A DNA stretch of 32,000 bases from an uncultured Muribaculaceae bacterium. Its GTDB lineage: Bacteria; Pseudomonadota; Alphaproteobacteria; Rs-D84. Location of the stretch: contig OZ246409.1 of assembly GCA_965231035.1 (NCBI GenBank), positions 511,101 to 543,100 of the forward strand. The letters run 5' to 3'. Of this stretch, positions 16,751-23,808 are shown one piece after another (within the stretch, counting starts at the first letter, position 1; every line of letters begins with the position of its first letter). Made by a program: the position numbers and the translations under genes. A model generated the notes under the pieces. It saw only the letters and a program-made list of their open reading frames with translations. It was not told the DNA's origin and ran no database searches.

Positions 16751-17482
16751 TTAAAATCTTCCCAAACCACCATTTATATGCAGTGTTTGACCGTTTATAT
16801 ATCCAGCTTCGTTAGATGCCAAGAATACGCAAGCCGCGGCAATGTCAGATGGTTCACCAAAACGGCTGACAGGTATTTGTGCAAAATAAGTCGCTTTTTG
16901 TTCGTCTGTCAAAACATCTGTCATAGGTGTTTTAATAAATCCAGGAGCAATACAATTTGCTGTAACCCCACGTGAGGCTGTTGGTTCAGCTGCGATTGAT
17001 TTGGTCATCGCAATCATTCCACCCTTACTTGCTGCATAATTTGCCTGGCCTGGACCACCAATTGCACCAACTATTGAAGCCATATTTATAATGCGTCCAA
17101 ATTTATTTTTCATCATTGGCATAATTGCTGCGCGGCACAATTTAAACGTAGAGCGAAGATTTGTGTTAATAACATCATCAAATTGTTCATCTGTCATACG
17201 CATCAACAAAGTATCTTTGGTAATTCCAGCATTATTGACCAAAATATCAATTTTACCGGCTTTTTCGATAGTTTCTTTGATTAATTCTTCTGCGGCACCA
17301 TCTTTTAATACATCTTTTGCAATTTTTATAAAAGAATCATCAAATTCGCTGTTTAATTTTGATTCACTACGTCCTGTAACAACAACCTTGGCACCGGCAT
17401 TCTGCATTTGTTTTGCAATCGCAACACCAATACCACCAGTTGCACCAGTAATTAAAGCCACTTTATCTTTTAATGAAAACAT
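16751..17482 (-). CDS. fabG: 3-oxoacyl-[ACP] reductase
   Basis: 243 aa SDR with TGATGGIGVAIA, NNAG, S...YAASK, and a C-terminal GQTLHINGG. It lies downstream of fabD. Confidence 0.93.
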   Translation of the reverse strand: MFSLKDKVALITGATGGIGVAIAKQMQNAGAKVVVTGRSESKLNSEFDDSFIKIAKDVLKDGAAEELIKETIEKAGKIDILVNNAGITKDTLLMRMTDEQFDDVINTNLRSTFKLCRAAIMPMMKNKFGRIINMASIVGAIGGPGQANYAASKGGMIAMTKSIAAEPTASRGVTANCIAPGFIKTPMTDVLTDEQKATYFAQIPVSRFGEPSDIAAACVFLASNEAGYINGQTLHINGGLGRF

Positions 17483-17484
17483 TA

Positions 17485-17766
17485 TTAATCCCTTTGTTTA
17501 ATCTTTCTAGATTTAAAAAATTCTATTCCAGTCTGTTCAACAATTTTTCTTTTTATTTTTGTTCTGGCACAATGCGCAGAAATAGAACCAGCCCGATACG
17601 TTGAAATTTTGATTTTATTTGTATAATTACTTATCTTAACCAAATTTTTCGAATCTATTAAATCTTTTGGTAAATCTAAAAATTCTATTTGCTCTGAAAT
17701 TTTTTTTGATTTTCCAAGAACTTTGGATACTTTATATTCATCCTTATGTGCTTTCTCAGTTGACAT
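17485..17766 (-). CDS. Hypothetical small basic protein (93 aa), no family recognised
   Basis: The ORF exactly fills the fabD-fabG gap. Its ATG is 1 nt after the fabD stop, with GAGG 6 nt upstream, and its stop is 2 nt before the fabG ATG. It is Lys/Arg-rich (MSTEKAHKDEYKVSKVLGKSKK...STYRAGSISAHCARTKIKRKI...). Confidence 0.5.
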   Translation of the reverse strand: MSTEKAHKDEYKVSKVLGKSKKISEQIEFLDLPKDLIDSKNLVKISNYTNKIKISTYRAGSISAHCARTKIKRKIVEQTGIEFFKSRKIKQRD

Positions 17767-17767
17767 T

Positions 17768-18661
17768 TTAAACCTCTAATTTCCTTGCTGTTATTGATTG
17801 TTCTATTCTTGGAACCAGACCAGTCAGAATGTTTCCGGGCCCAACTTCGATTGTTTCGGTAATTCCTAATGCAGGCATATTCAAAACAGATTCGCGCCAA
17901 CGAACACCATGTGTGATTTGATACACCAAAGCTGTCTTAATTTCTGTTGGATCCATTAATTGTGAAGCTGTTTTATTTGAAATTAATGGAACACTTGGAA
18001 TATTCATTTTAATACCAGCCAGTGCCAATTCCATTTCTTTTGCAGCTGGGGCCTGCATTCTGCAATGAACAGGAACAGATAAAGCCAAAGGCAGTGCACG
18101 TTTTGCACCCGCAGATTTTGCGAGTTCCATTGTTTTTTCAACAACCGCAGTTGCACCAGAAATAACAACCTGACCAGGGGAATTATCATTTGCAACATCA
18201 CAATCAGTTTGTGCACAAATTTCACGAACCTTTTCAATATCCAGACCCATTATTACAGCTGTTAAACCCTGACCGACTGGAACAGCGCGTTGCATTGCAT
18301 CACCACGTAAACGTAACAATTTTGCGGTATCTCCAACAGAAAATGAATCAGCAGCACACAAAGCTGTATATTCACCTAATGAATGTCCAGCAACAAAGGA
18401 TATTTCCTTCATATTTAATTTTCCGGTTTCGATTGCAACACGCAACATAGCAATAGAAGTTGCAAAAATTGCCGGCTGGACATTTGCTGTCAGTGTTAAA
18501 TCTTCCATTGGACCGTTAAAAATAATTTCAGAAAGTTTTTGGTTTAAAGCATCGTCAACTTCGTTAAAAACATTACGAGCAATTTCAAAGTTATCATACA
18601 GTTCTTTACCCATACCGACAGCTTGACTGCCTTGGCCTGGGAAAATCAAAATTGATGACAT
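17768..18661 (-). CDS. fabD: Malonyl-CoA:ACP transacylase
   Basis: Motifs FPGQGSQ, GHSLGEY and a conserved C-terminal half. The start is set to the internal ATG at 18661 (MSSILIFPGQGSQ) preceded by AAGGA. The ORF-track start at 18721 would overlap queH by 32 nt and add a non-conserved extension. Confidence 0.92.
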   Translation of the reverse strand: MSSILIFPGQGSQAVGMGKELYDNFEIARNVFNEVDDALNQKLSEIIFNGPMEDLTLTANVQPAIFATSIAMLRVAIETGKLNMKEISFVAGHSLGEYTALCAADSFSVGDTAKLLRLRGDAMQRAVPVGQGLTAVIMGLDIEKVREICAQTDCDVANDNSPGQVVISGATAVVEKTMELAKSAGAKRALPLALSVPVHCRMQAPAAKEMELALAGIKMNIPSVPLISNKTASQLMDPTEIKTALVYQITHGVRWRESVLNMPALGITETIEVGPGNILTGLVPRIEQSITARKLEV

Positions 18662-18689
18662 AGTTTTTCCTTTGTTAAATACAAAGCGA

Positions 18690-19229
18690 TTATACTTTGC
18701 GAAAACTGAATTCGCAACCACAATAATTTTGACGGTAAAAGCCGGTTTTTTTATTAATTTCTGAACGTAACGATTCGTCCCATTTTATTGGCAAATATTT
18801 AATCTTGGTAATTTCATCAATTGCGCAATTATCAACTTGGGATTGGTTTTTGTGTTTTGACACCCCAAAGACTGACGCAATCGTATCATAACCATTTTCT
18901 AATGCCCATTTTTGTGCAAAACGAAAACGATGTTTAAAACATTGGCTACAACGCTTACCACGCTCAGGTTCGGATTCCAATCCATGAACAGATTCCAACC
19001 ATTTTTTATGATCCCAATCGCCAACGAAATATTTTACCCCCAAAGATTCGCAATATTTTATCTGTTCATCCAATCTTTTTTGATATTCATCCAGTGGATA
19101 AATGTTCGGATTGTAAAACAAGACAGCAAAATCTGAAATTTCTGGGAAATTCCCATCAGCCAATTGCTTGATAGCTCCGCTGGAACACGGTGCACAGCAA
19201 GACATTAAAACAAGTTTAACTTTTTTCAT
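18690..19229 (-). CDS. queH: Epoxyqueuosine reductase QueH (DUF208 family)
   Basis: 179 aa with the diagnostic Cys pattern SCCAPCS ... YNPNIYP..EY ... RCSQCF ... YRQNYCGCEFS. Confidence 0.85.
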   Translation of the reverse strand: MKKVKLVLMSCCAPCSSGAIKQLADGNFPEISDFAVLFYNPNIYPLDEYQKRLDEQIKYCESLGVKYFVGDWDHKKWLESVHGLESEPERGKRCSQCFKHRFRFAQKWALENGYDTIASVFGVSKHKNQSQVDNCAIDEITKIKYLPIKWDESLRSEINKKTGFYRQNYCGCEFSFRKV

Positions 19230-19546
19230 AATTGTCTTTGAAAATCACGTTTAATAGATCTGAAAACATAGTTAAAAGATCTCCAAAATTTTCTTTCATC
19301 AAAATGATTTATCTTCACAAAAAGCTGCAAAACATGATCTTCCCACAATGTCATATATATCTGATCTTGGAGGTTGTTTATAATAAGATTTGCAACCTTG
19401 CAATTGTTGTTCTGAAATTGTCCGTTTATACAACATGTTTTATAATGACAACACTTATCGCATGAATAATACAATAAACTTTTGTCTGGTTCACATGGTT
19501 TTAACTGAAAAATATTTATATGATTATTAAATGCAACGGTACCCAT
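19226..19546 (-). CDS. Hypothetical Cys-rich protein (106 aa), no family recognised
   Basis: The ORF fills the metG-queH gap, and its stop overlaps the queH start (ATGA). The N-terminal half has 7 Cys arranged C-x10-C-x2-CC-x4-CC-x9-C. The SD is weak (AAAGG about 12 nt upstream). Confidence 0.5.
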   Translation of the reverse strand: MGTVAFNNHINIFQLKPCEPDKSLLYYSCDKCCHYKTCCINGQFQNNNCKVANLIINNLQDQIYMTLWEDHVLQLFVKINHFDERKFWRSFNYVFRSIKRDFQRQL

Positions 19547-19563
19547 GGGATAAAAACCTTTTA

Positions 19564-21564
19564 TTAAAATTTAAATTCATTCCCTATTATTGAATCTTCT
19601 GGTAATTCAATAATTTCAGAATGATCACCCCCTAATCCCAATTCGTCTGATGCGCACATCATACCATTTGATACAACACCCCTGACCTTGCGTGCAGCCA
19701 AAGGCATATCAAATGCCGGCAGTTTTGCCCCAACCTTGGCCAAAACGCTTAACATCCCTGCTCTTGCGTTCGGTGCACCACAAACAATTTGTAATGGAAT
19801 ACCATCGCCAGAATCCACGGTTAAAACCTGTAAATGATCAGAATCTGGATGTTGTTCCGCGGTCAGAATTTTCGCGATAACAATTTTTGGTGCCTGTTTT
19901 ATATATTTTTCAGACATAGCTTTAATCTTGTCATCGTCAATTCTTTCAAACAAGTTTTCAGGAACAACAAATTCAGAGCCATCCTGAACACGCCATTCAA
20001 ATTTCTTTGGCCACGATAAATCATTTGTGATTTTGAATATATTACGCATTTTTTCTGCAGTATTTGGAATGAATGGTGCGGAAATTCTGGCATACAGGTC
20101 AATCAGCTGGAAACAAACATTCAAAACATCAGATGCTTCGCCTGCTCTATCTTGTTTTACCAGTGCCCATGGTTCCATTTTTGTAAAGAATTCATTACCA
20201 ATGGACCATAGTTCACGCAAAGCTGACACAGCTTTTCGGAATTCACAACCATCCAGTGCAAACTTTAATTCATCCAATTTCAAATTTACATCATTTTGAA
20301 AGCTGTTCAAATCAATAAAGTCATTGAATTTTGGAACACATAAACCAAAATTCTTTTCATTTATTTTGCATACTCGGGATACAAAATTACCCAAAATTCC
20401 GTTCAAATCTTTGTTCACAATGTCGGCAAATCGTTGAATTGTAAAATCTGAATCATCTGTTTCCGGGGCACTGGCCATTAATGCATATCGCCATGCGTCC
20501 GCAGGTGCTTCGGTAATTGCTTCATCCAAGAATATTCCATTGCCGGTTGATTTTGATATTTTTGCACCTTCGAAATTCAAAAAATTCAAACCTTTTAACA
20601 TATCAACAGTTTTCCAACCTTCATTCATAGCCAGTTGTTGTTCAGGGAAAAACACAGAATGGAATTTCACATTATCTTTGCCCATAAATTGTGCATAGTG
20701 GCAGCCTTCTTCATTCTTCCACCAATTAGCCCAATTTTTGTTTGCAGCCTGGGATATAGAAACATAACCCCATGGTGCATCAAACCAAACATAAAATACT
20801 TTGTTTTCATAACCTGGTTTATTAACAGGAATTCCCCAAGATAAATCGCGAGTTATACTGGTATCACGAAGCCCTTCGTTTGCCCAACCTTTTGCAATTG
20901 CATAGGCGGATTTTGACCATTTTGGTGCCTTGACTGCCAACCATTTTTTCCATTTGTCTTCAACCTTGGAGGCCAAAAAGAATAAATTTTTGGTTGGACG
21001 CATTTCAATATTTGTTCCGCCAGAAATGGTTGAATGCGGGTTTATAAGCTCATTAGCTTCATAAGTCGAGCTGCACGCGTCACACTGATCTCCGCGTGCT
21101 TTGTCATATCCGCATTTTGGACAGGTTCCCTCGATTTGTCGGTCTGCCAAGAACATGTTATCATCAATAGAAAAAGGTTGAATGGTTTCGCGTTCTTCGA
21201 TTAAGCCTTGTTCGTCCAAGCGTGAAAAAAGCTCATGAATTAATTTTTCTTGTAATTCTGTGTGTGTGCGTCCGTATAAATCAAATGATAAATTGAAATC
21301 ACGAACAGATTTTAGATGTTTTTCTAGATATTTATTGTTGTAGTCAATAACCGACATACCTTCTTTTGCGGCTCCAACAATAGCAGGTGTTCCATGTTCG
21401 TCTGCCCCACAGATAAACAAAACATCGCGATTTAATGCCCTGCAAAATCTGGCATAAACATCGCTTGGTAAATAACAGCCGACCAGATGACCGATGTGCA
21501 ATTCACCATTAACATAAGGTAATGCGCTGGTTATTAAATATTTTTTTTGTTCTTTTTTGCTCAT
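19564..21564 (-). CDS. metG: Methionine--tRNA ligase with C-terminal Trbp111/EMAPII-like tRNA-binding domain
   Basis: 666 aa with HIGH (LHIGHLVG), zinc knuckle CPKCGY...CDACSS, KMSKS variant KISKS, and a C-terminal OB-fold (HPDSDHLQVLTVDSG...QIVCGAPNARAG...VSNGMMCASDELGL). Confidence 0.97.
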   Translation of the reverse strand: MSKKEQKKYLITSALPYVNGELHIGHLVGCYLPSDVYARFCRALNRDVLFICGADEHGTPAIVGAAKEGMSVIDYNNKYLEKHLKSVRDFNLSFDLYGRTHTELQEKLIHELFSRLDEQGLIEERETIQPFSIDDNMFLADRQIEGTCPKCGYDKARGDQCDACSSTYEANELINPHSTISGGTNIEMRPTKNLFFLASKVEDKWKKWLAVKAPKWSKSAYAIAKGWANEGLRDTSITRDLSWGIPVNKPGYENKVFYVWFDAPWGYVSISQAANKNWANWWKNEEGCHYAQFMGKDNVKFHSVFFPEQQLAMNEGWKTVDMLKGLNFLNFEGAKISKSTGNGIFLDEAITEAPADAWRYALMASAPETDDSDFTIQRFADIVNKDLNGILGNFVSRVCKINEKNFGLCVPKFNDFIDLNSFQNDVNLKLDELKFALDGCEFRKAVSALRELWSIGNEFFTKMEPWALVKQDRAGEASDVLNVCFQLIDLYARISAPFIPNTAEKMRNIFKITNDLSWPKKFEWRVQDGSEFVVPENLFERIDDDKIKAMSEKYIKQAPKIVIAKILTAEQHPDSDHLQVLTVDSGDGIPLQIVCGAPNARAGMLSVLAKVGAKLPAFDMPLAARKVRGVVSNGMMCASDELGLGGDHSEIIELPEDSIIGNEFKF

Positions 21565-21580
21565 GTTTTTTAATCTCTTT

Positions 21581-21608
21581 TTACAAATAAACGCCCCAAC
21601 GAGGCGTT
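21581..21608 (-). promoter_or_regulatory. Hairpin plus U-rich tail in the metG leader, 3' of tRNA-Val (partial terminator or attenuator)
   Basis: On the minus-strand RNA, AACGCC-7 nt-GGCGUU is followed by UAUUUGU. It lies only about 30 nt upstream of the metG ATG, leaving no room for a separate promoter downstream of it. Confidence 0.3.
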
Positions 21609-21694
21609 CAGAAAAATGAATACCGTTGGTTATTTCTTATTAAAATTATTTTTGCATTCGCATATTCTATATTTTTTCCCCGCACTTTTAAATC

Positions 21695-21771
21695 TGGTGG
21701 GTGGTATTGGGCTCGAACCAACGACCTTTACGATGTCAACGTAATGCTCTAGCCAACTGAGCTAACCACCC
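21695..21771 (-). tRNA. tRNA-Val (anticodon GAC), CCA encoded
   Basis: The reverse complement GGGTGGTTAGCTCAGTTGGCTAGAGCATTACGTTGACATCGTAAAGGTCGTTGGTTCGAGCCCAATACCACCCACCA folds by hand. It has a perfect acceptor stem (GGGTGGT/ACCACCC), anticodon stem TTACG/CGTAA with loop TTGACAT, and T-arm GTTGG-TTCGAGC-CCAAT. Confidence 0.92.
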
Positions 21772-21783
21772 AAAGCGCCACAA

Positions 21784-21811
21784 ATTATAACAAACAGAAT
21801 TTTAATTGCAA
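21784..21811 (-). promoter_or_regulatory. Candidate sigma70 promoter for tRNA-Val (and possibly metG)
   Basis: On the minus strand, TTGCAA-16 nt-TATAAT, with the -10 element ending 12 nt before the mature tRNA 5' end. It lies immediately downstream of the infC terminator. Confidence 0.5.
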
Positions 21812-21813
21812 AT

Positions 21814-21840
21814 AAAAAACCGGCAAACACCGGTTTTTTT
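21814..21840. terminator. Intrinsic terminator after infC (symmetric A-run/T-run)
   Basis: AAAAAACCGG-CAAACA-CCGGTTTTTTT, 5 nt downstream of the infC stop. Confidence 0.7.
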
Positions 21841-21845
21841 AAGTT

Positions 21846-22403
21846 TTATTTCACAGGGGCGATAATAATAGATTTTGTTCGTTCGTCTGGTTTAGATTTT
21901 GATTCCAGAGTACCTTTGTCCCCGACCAATTCTGTGATTTTTTCGAATAATTTTGGAACAGCTTCCCTGCCCTGGGCCAATACGCGTTTGCTGCCCTTGG
22001 TCATAACAGAAACTTTTACCTTGTCGCCTTCGCTTAAAAATTCCATAACCTTTTTCATTTTGATATTCAAATCATTTTCTTCGATAAAAGGCTTTACCCA
22101 AACTTCTTTAATTTCGGTGTTTTTCTGATTCTTGCGGGCTTCGGCGGCTTTCTTTTTCTGTTCGTATTTGAATTTACCAAAATCCATAATTTTTACAATT
22201 GGTGGAATAGAACCTGCGTTTATTTCTACTAAATCCATCCCAGCATCCACAGCAGCCTGTAAAGCCTGGGGTGTAGGCATTACGCCCAGATTCTGACCTG
22301 TGTCAGAAATAACCTGCACGGTTTTTGAAAATATTTTGTTGTTTATACGCGGACCCATGTCCCTGCGACTATCACGGTTATTATTGTTTATTGTTGGTTT
22401 AAT
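21846..22403 (-). CDS. infC: Translation initiation factor IF-3, predicted ATT start
   Basis: The core matches IF3 (RINNKI....V.VI...G..LGVM....AL..A...G.DLVEI......P.VKIMDFGKFKYE.KKK). The frame is open upstream of the ORF-track ATG (22358). ATT at 22403..22401 sits 6 nt after a perfect AAGGAG (22415..22410), giving IKPTINNNNRDSRRDMGPRINN... Confidence 0.88.
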   Translation of the reverse strand: MKPTINNNNRDSRRDMGPRINNKIFSKTVQVISDTGQNLGVMPTPQALQAAVDAGMDLVEINAGSIPPIVKIMDFGKFKYEQKKKAAEARKNQKNTEIKEVWVKPFIEENDLNIKMKKVMEFLSEGDKVKVSVMTKGSKRVLAQGREAVPKLFEKITELVGDKGTLESKSKPDERTKSIIIAPVK

Positions 22404-22439
22404 TGTAGGCTCCTTTGTAAGCTTCAGCTTTATTATTAA

Positions 22440-23183
22440 CTATATTTGGCTTGTTTTCAACAAATTTTGCAATTTTTGTAAAGCTGCCCAAACATCTTTT
22501 TTTGTATCAGGTTTTAAAACCATATAATTCGGATGATAAATTGGAATTACAGAAGTACCGTCTGTCAGTTCAAAAGTTTCCCCATGGTTCCTGGGCAGCT
22601 TTGCTTTTATAACTTCATCTGCCGCTAATGTGCCAAGTGTTAAAACAGCAATTGGTTTTAACATAGATATCAAAGAATCAACGAAAGGTTTTGTCAGATC
22701 CAGTTCTTCACGTGTTGGTGTTCGTCCACCAGGTGTATGCCAGAATACCAGGGGTATAATTGAGATATTATCTCGATTGATATTAATTGCGGTCAGCATT
22801 TTATCCAGTATATTTCCAGCAGACCCAGTTAATATTTTTCCAACACTATCATCATCTTTTGATGGTGAATCTGTAATTATTAATAACTGATTTTTATAAT
22901 TTTCAGCTGGAATATATGGTAAAACAACATTGCTGGCAAATTGTCGCAAAGGATGTTCAAAATCTTTTATTGCAGATAATAGATCAGATAAATTATTAAC
23001 CTTTTTCACCACTTTTTCTGCGGTGTTGAAAGATATAGGTGCAACTGCTGGAACTATAGATGGTTCATAGATTTTTCGTGCAGAATTTTCTTTTTTTACA
23101 TCCGTATTTTCTGTTGTAGATAATTCCATATTTTCAGAAATTTCCCAACGTACACCCGCTAAATATAAATCACTCAAAGACAT
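22440..23183 (-). CDS. Uracil-DNA glycosylase superfamily protein (family 4-like, divergent motif A)
   Basis: 247 aa. The C-terminal 150 aa align by eye to family 4 UDG: ..D....G..L.G.AG..LDKML.AI......, W..PGGRTPT..E, HPNYMV. The canonical GE(A/G)PG is replaced by TDSPS. There is an N-terminal extension of about 95 aa. Confidence 0.65.
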   Translation of the reverse strand: MSLSDLYLAGVRWEISENMELSTTENTDVKKENSARKIYEPSIVPAVAPISFNTAEKVVKKVNNLSDLLSAIKDFEHPLRQFASNVVLPYIPAENYKNQLLIITDSPSKDDDSVGKILTGSAGNILDKMLTAININRDNISIIPLVFWHTPGGRTPTREELDLTKPFVDSLISMLKPIAVLTLGTLAADEVIKAKLPRNHGETFELTDGTSVIPIYHPNYMVLKPDTKKDVWAALQKLQNLLKTSQI

Positions 23184-23269
23184 TGTTATAATTCTTATTT
23201 TTTCTTGCTTTTATCAATATTTTCGTATAGACTAAACAATGAACAACAAAAATACAAGGGAGTATTTTC

Positions 23270-23683
23270 ATGAAAATAAAAAACTTTGCAATGTTGGCCG
23301 GTGTCGCTGGATTGTTGGCTGCTTGCGGTGGTTCAATTGTAGAACCAGCAGATATGAACGATCAAAAAGTATTCTTTGCTTTCGATTCTTCTGAAATCTC
23401 TAAGGAAGCAAATAACAACTTGTTGGGTCAATCTTTGTATATGAAACATCATCCAGAAACCAAGATACAGGTTGCTGGTAACTGCGACGAACGTGGTTCA
23501 ACAGAATACAACTTGGCATTGGGCGCACGTCGTGCGGCTTCTGCTAAATCTGTAATGGTAAAAGACGGTGTTGAATCAAAACGTATCTCTACTATTTCTT
23601 ATGGTAAAGAACGTCCAGCTGTTAAGGGCACAGGCGAAGATGTTTGGGCACAAAACAGAAACGCAACAACAACTGTTAAATAA
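23270..23683 (+). CDS. pal: Peptidoglycan-associated lipoprotein (OmpA-like domain)
   Basis: 137 aa with a signal peptide and lipobox LLAAC-GG, and an OmpA-C-like domain (V.FAFDS..I......L......M..HP...I...G.CDERGS.EYNLALGARRA...K). Confidence 0.9.
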   Translation: MKIKNFAMLAGVAGLLAACGGSIVEPADMNDQKVFFAFDSSEISKEANNNLLGQSLYMKHHPETKIQVAGNCDERGSTEYNLALGARRAASAKSVMVKDGVESKRISTISYGKERPAVKGTGEDVWAQNRNATTTVK

Positions 23684-23704
23684 TAACGGTTTTGATGTTA
23701 TTTT

Positions 23705-23732
23705 GACCCGCATGTTATGCGGGTCTTTTTTA
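23705..23732 (+). terminator. Intrinsic terminator after pal
   Basis: GACCCGCAT-GTT-ATGCGGGTC, a perfect 9-bp stem followed by TTTTTTA. Confidence 0.8.
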
Positions 23733-23738
23733 TATTAT

Positions 23739-23777
23739 AAAAAACGGCTGAATTTACAATTTCATATGAAACAGCCG
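23739..23777 (-). terminator. Possible terminator after gpsA (long-loop hairpin plus U6)
   Basis: On the minus-strand RNA, CGGCUG-21 nt-CAGCCG is followed by UUUUUU. The 6-bp stem with a large loop makes it weak. Confidence 0.35.
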
Positions 23778-23808
23778 GTATTTTATTGAATGTATTAGTT
23801 TTTTGTTT

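Noticed and set aside
18662-18721. Longer N-terminal extensions given by the ORF track for fabD (start 18721), parA (start 26948) and parB (start 27750).
   Set aside because: The internal ATGs (18661, 26993, 27777) are preceded by AAGGA-type SD sequences and align with the conserved N-termini (MSSILIFPGQGSQ, MTEIIAFANQKGG, MSKFGLGKGL). The longer forms overlap upstream genes or add non-conserved residues.
19232-19465. 77-aa plus-strand ORF antisense to orf106.
   Set aside because: It has no SD and no coupling to neighbours, and it is on the opposite strand to the entire surrounding array. The minus-strand ORF has the ATGA coupling to queH and is the better candidate.
23568-23789. 73-aa plus-strand ORF spanning the pal 3' end and downstream spacer.
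   Set aside because: It overlaps pal out of frame and runs through two terminator hairpins. No coding signal is apparent.
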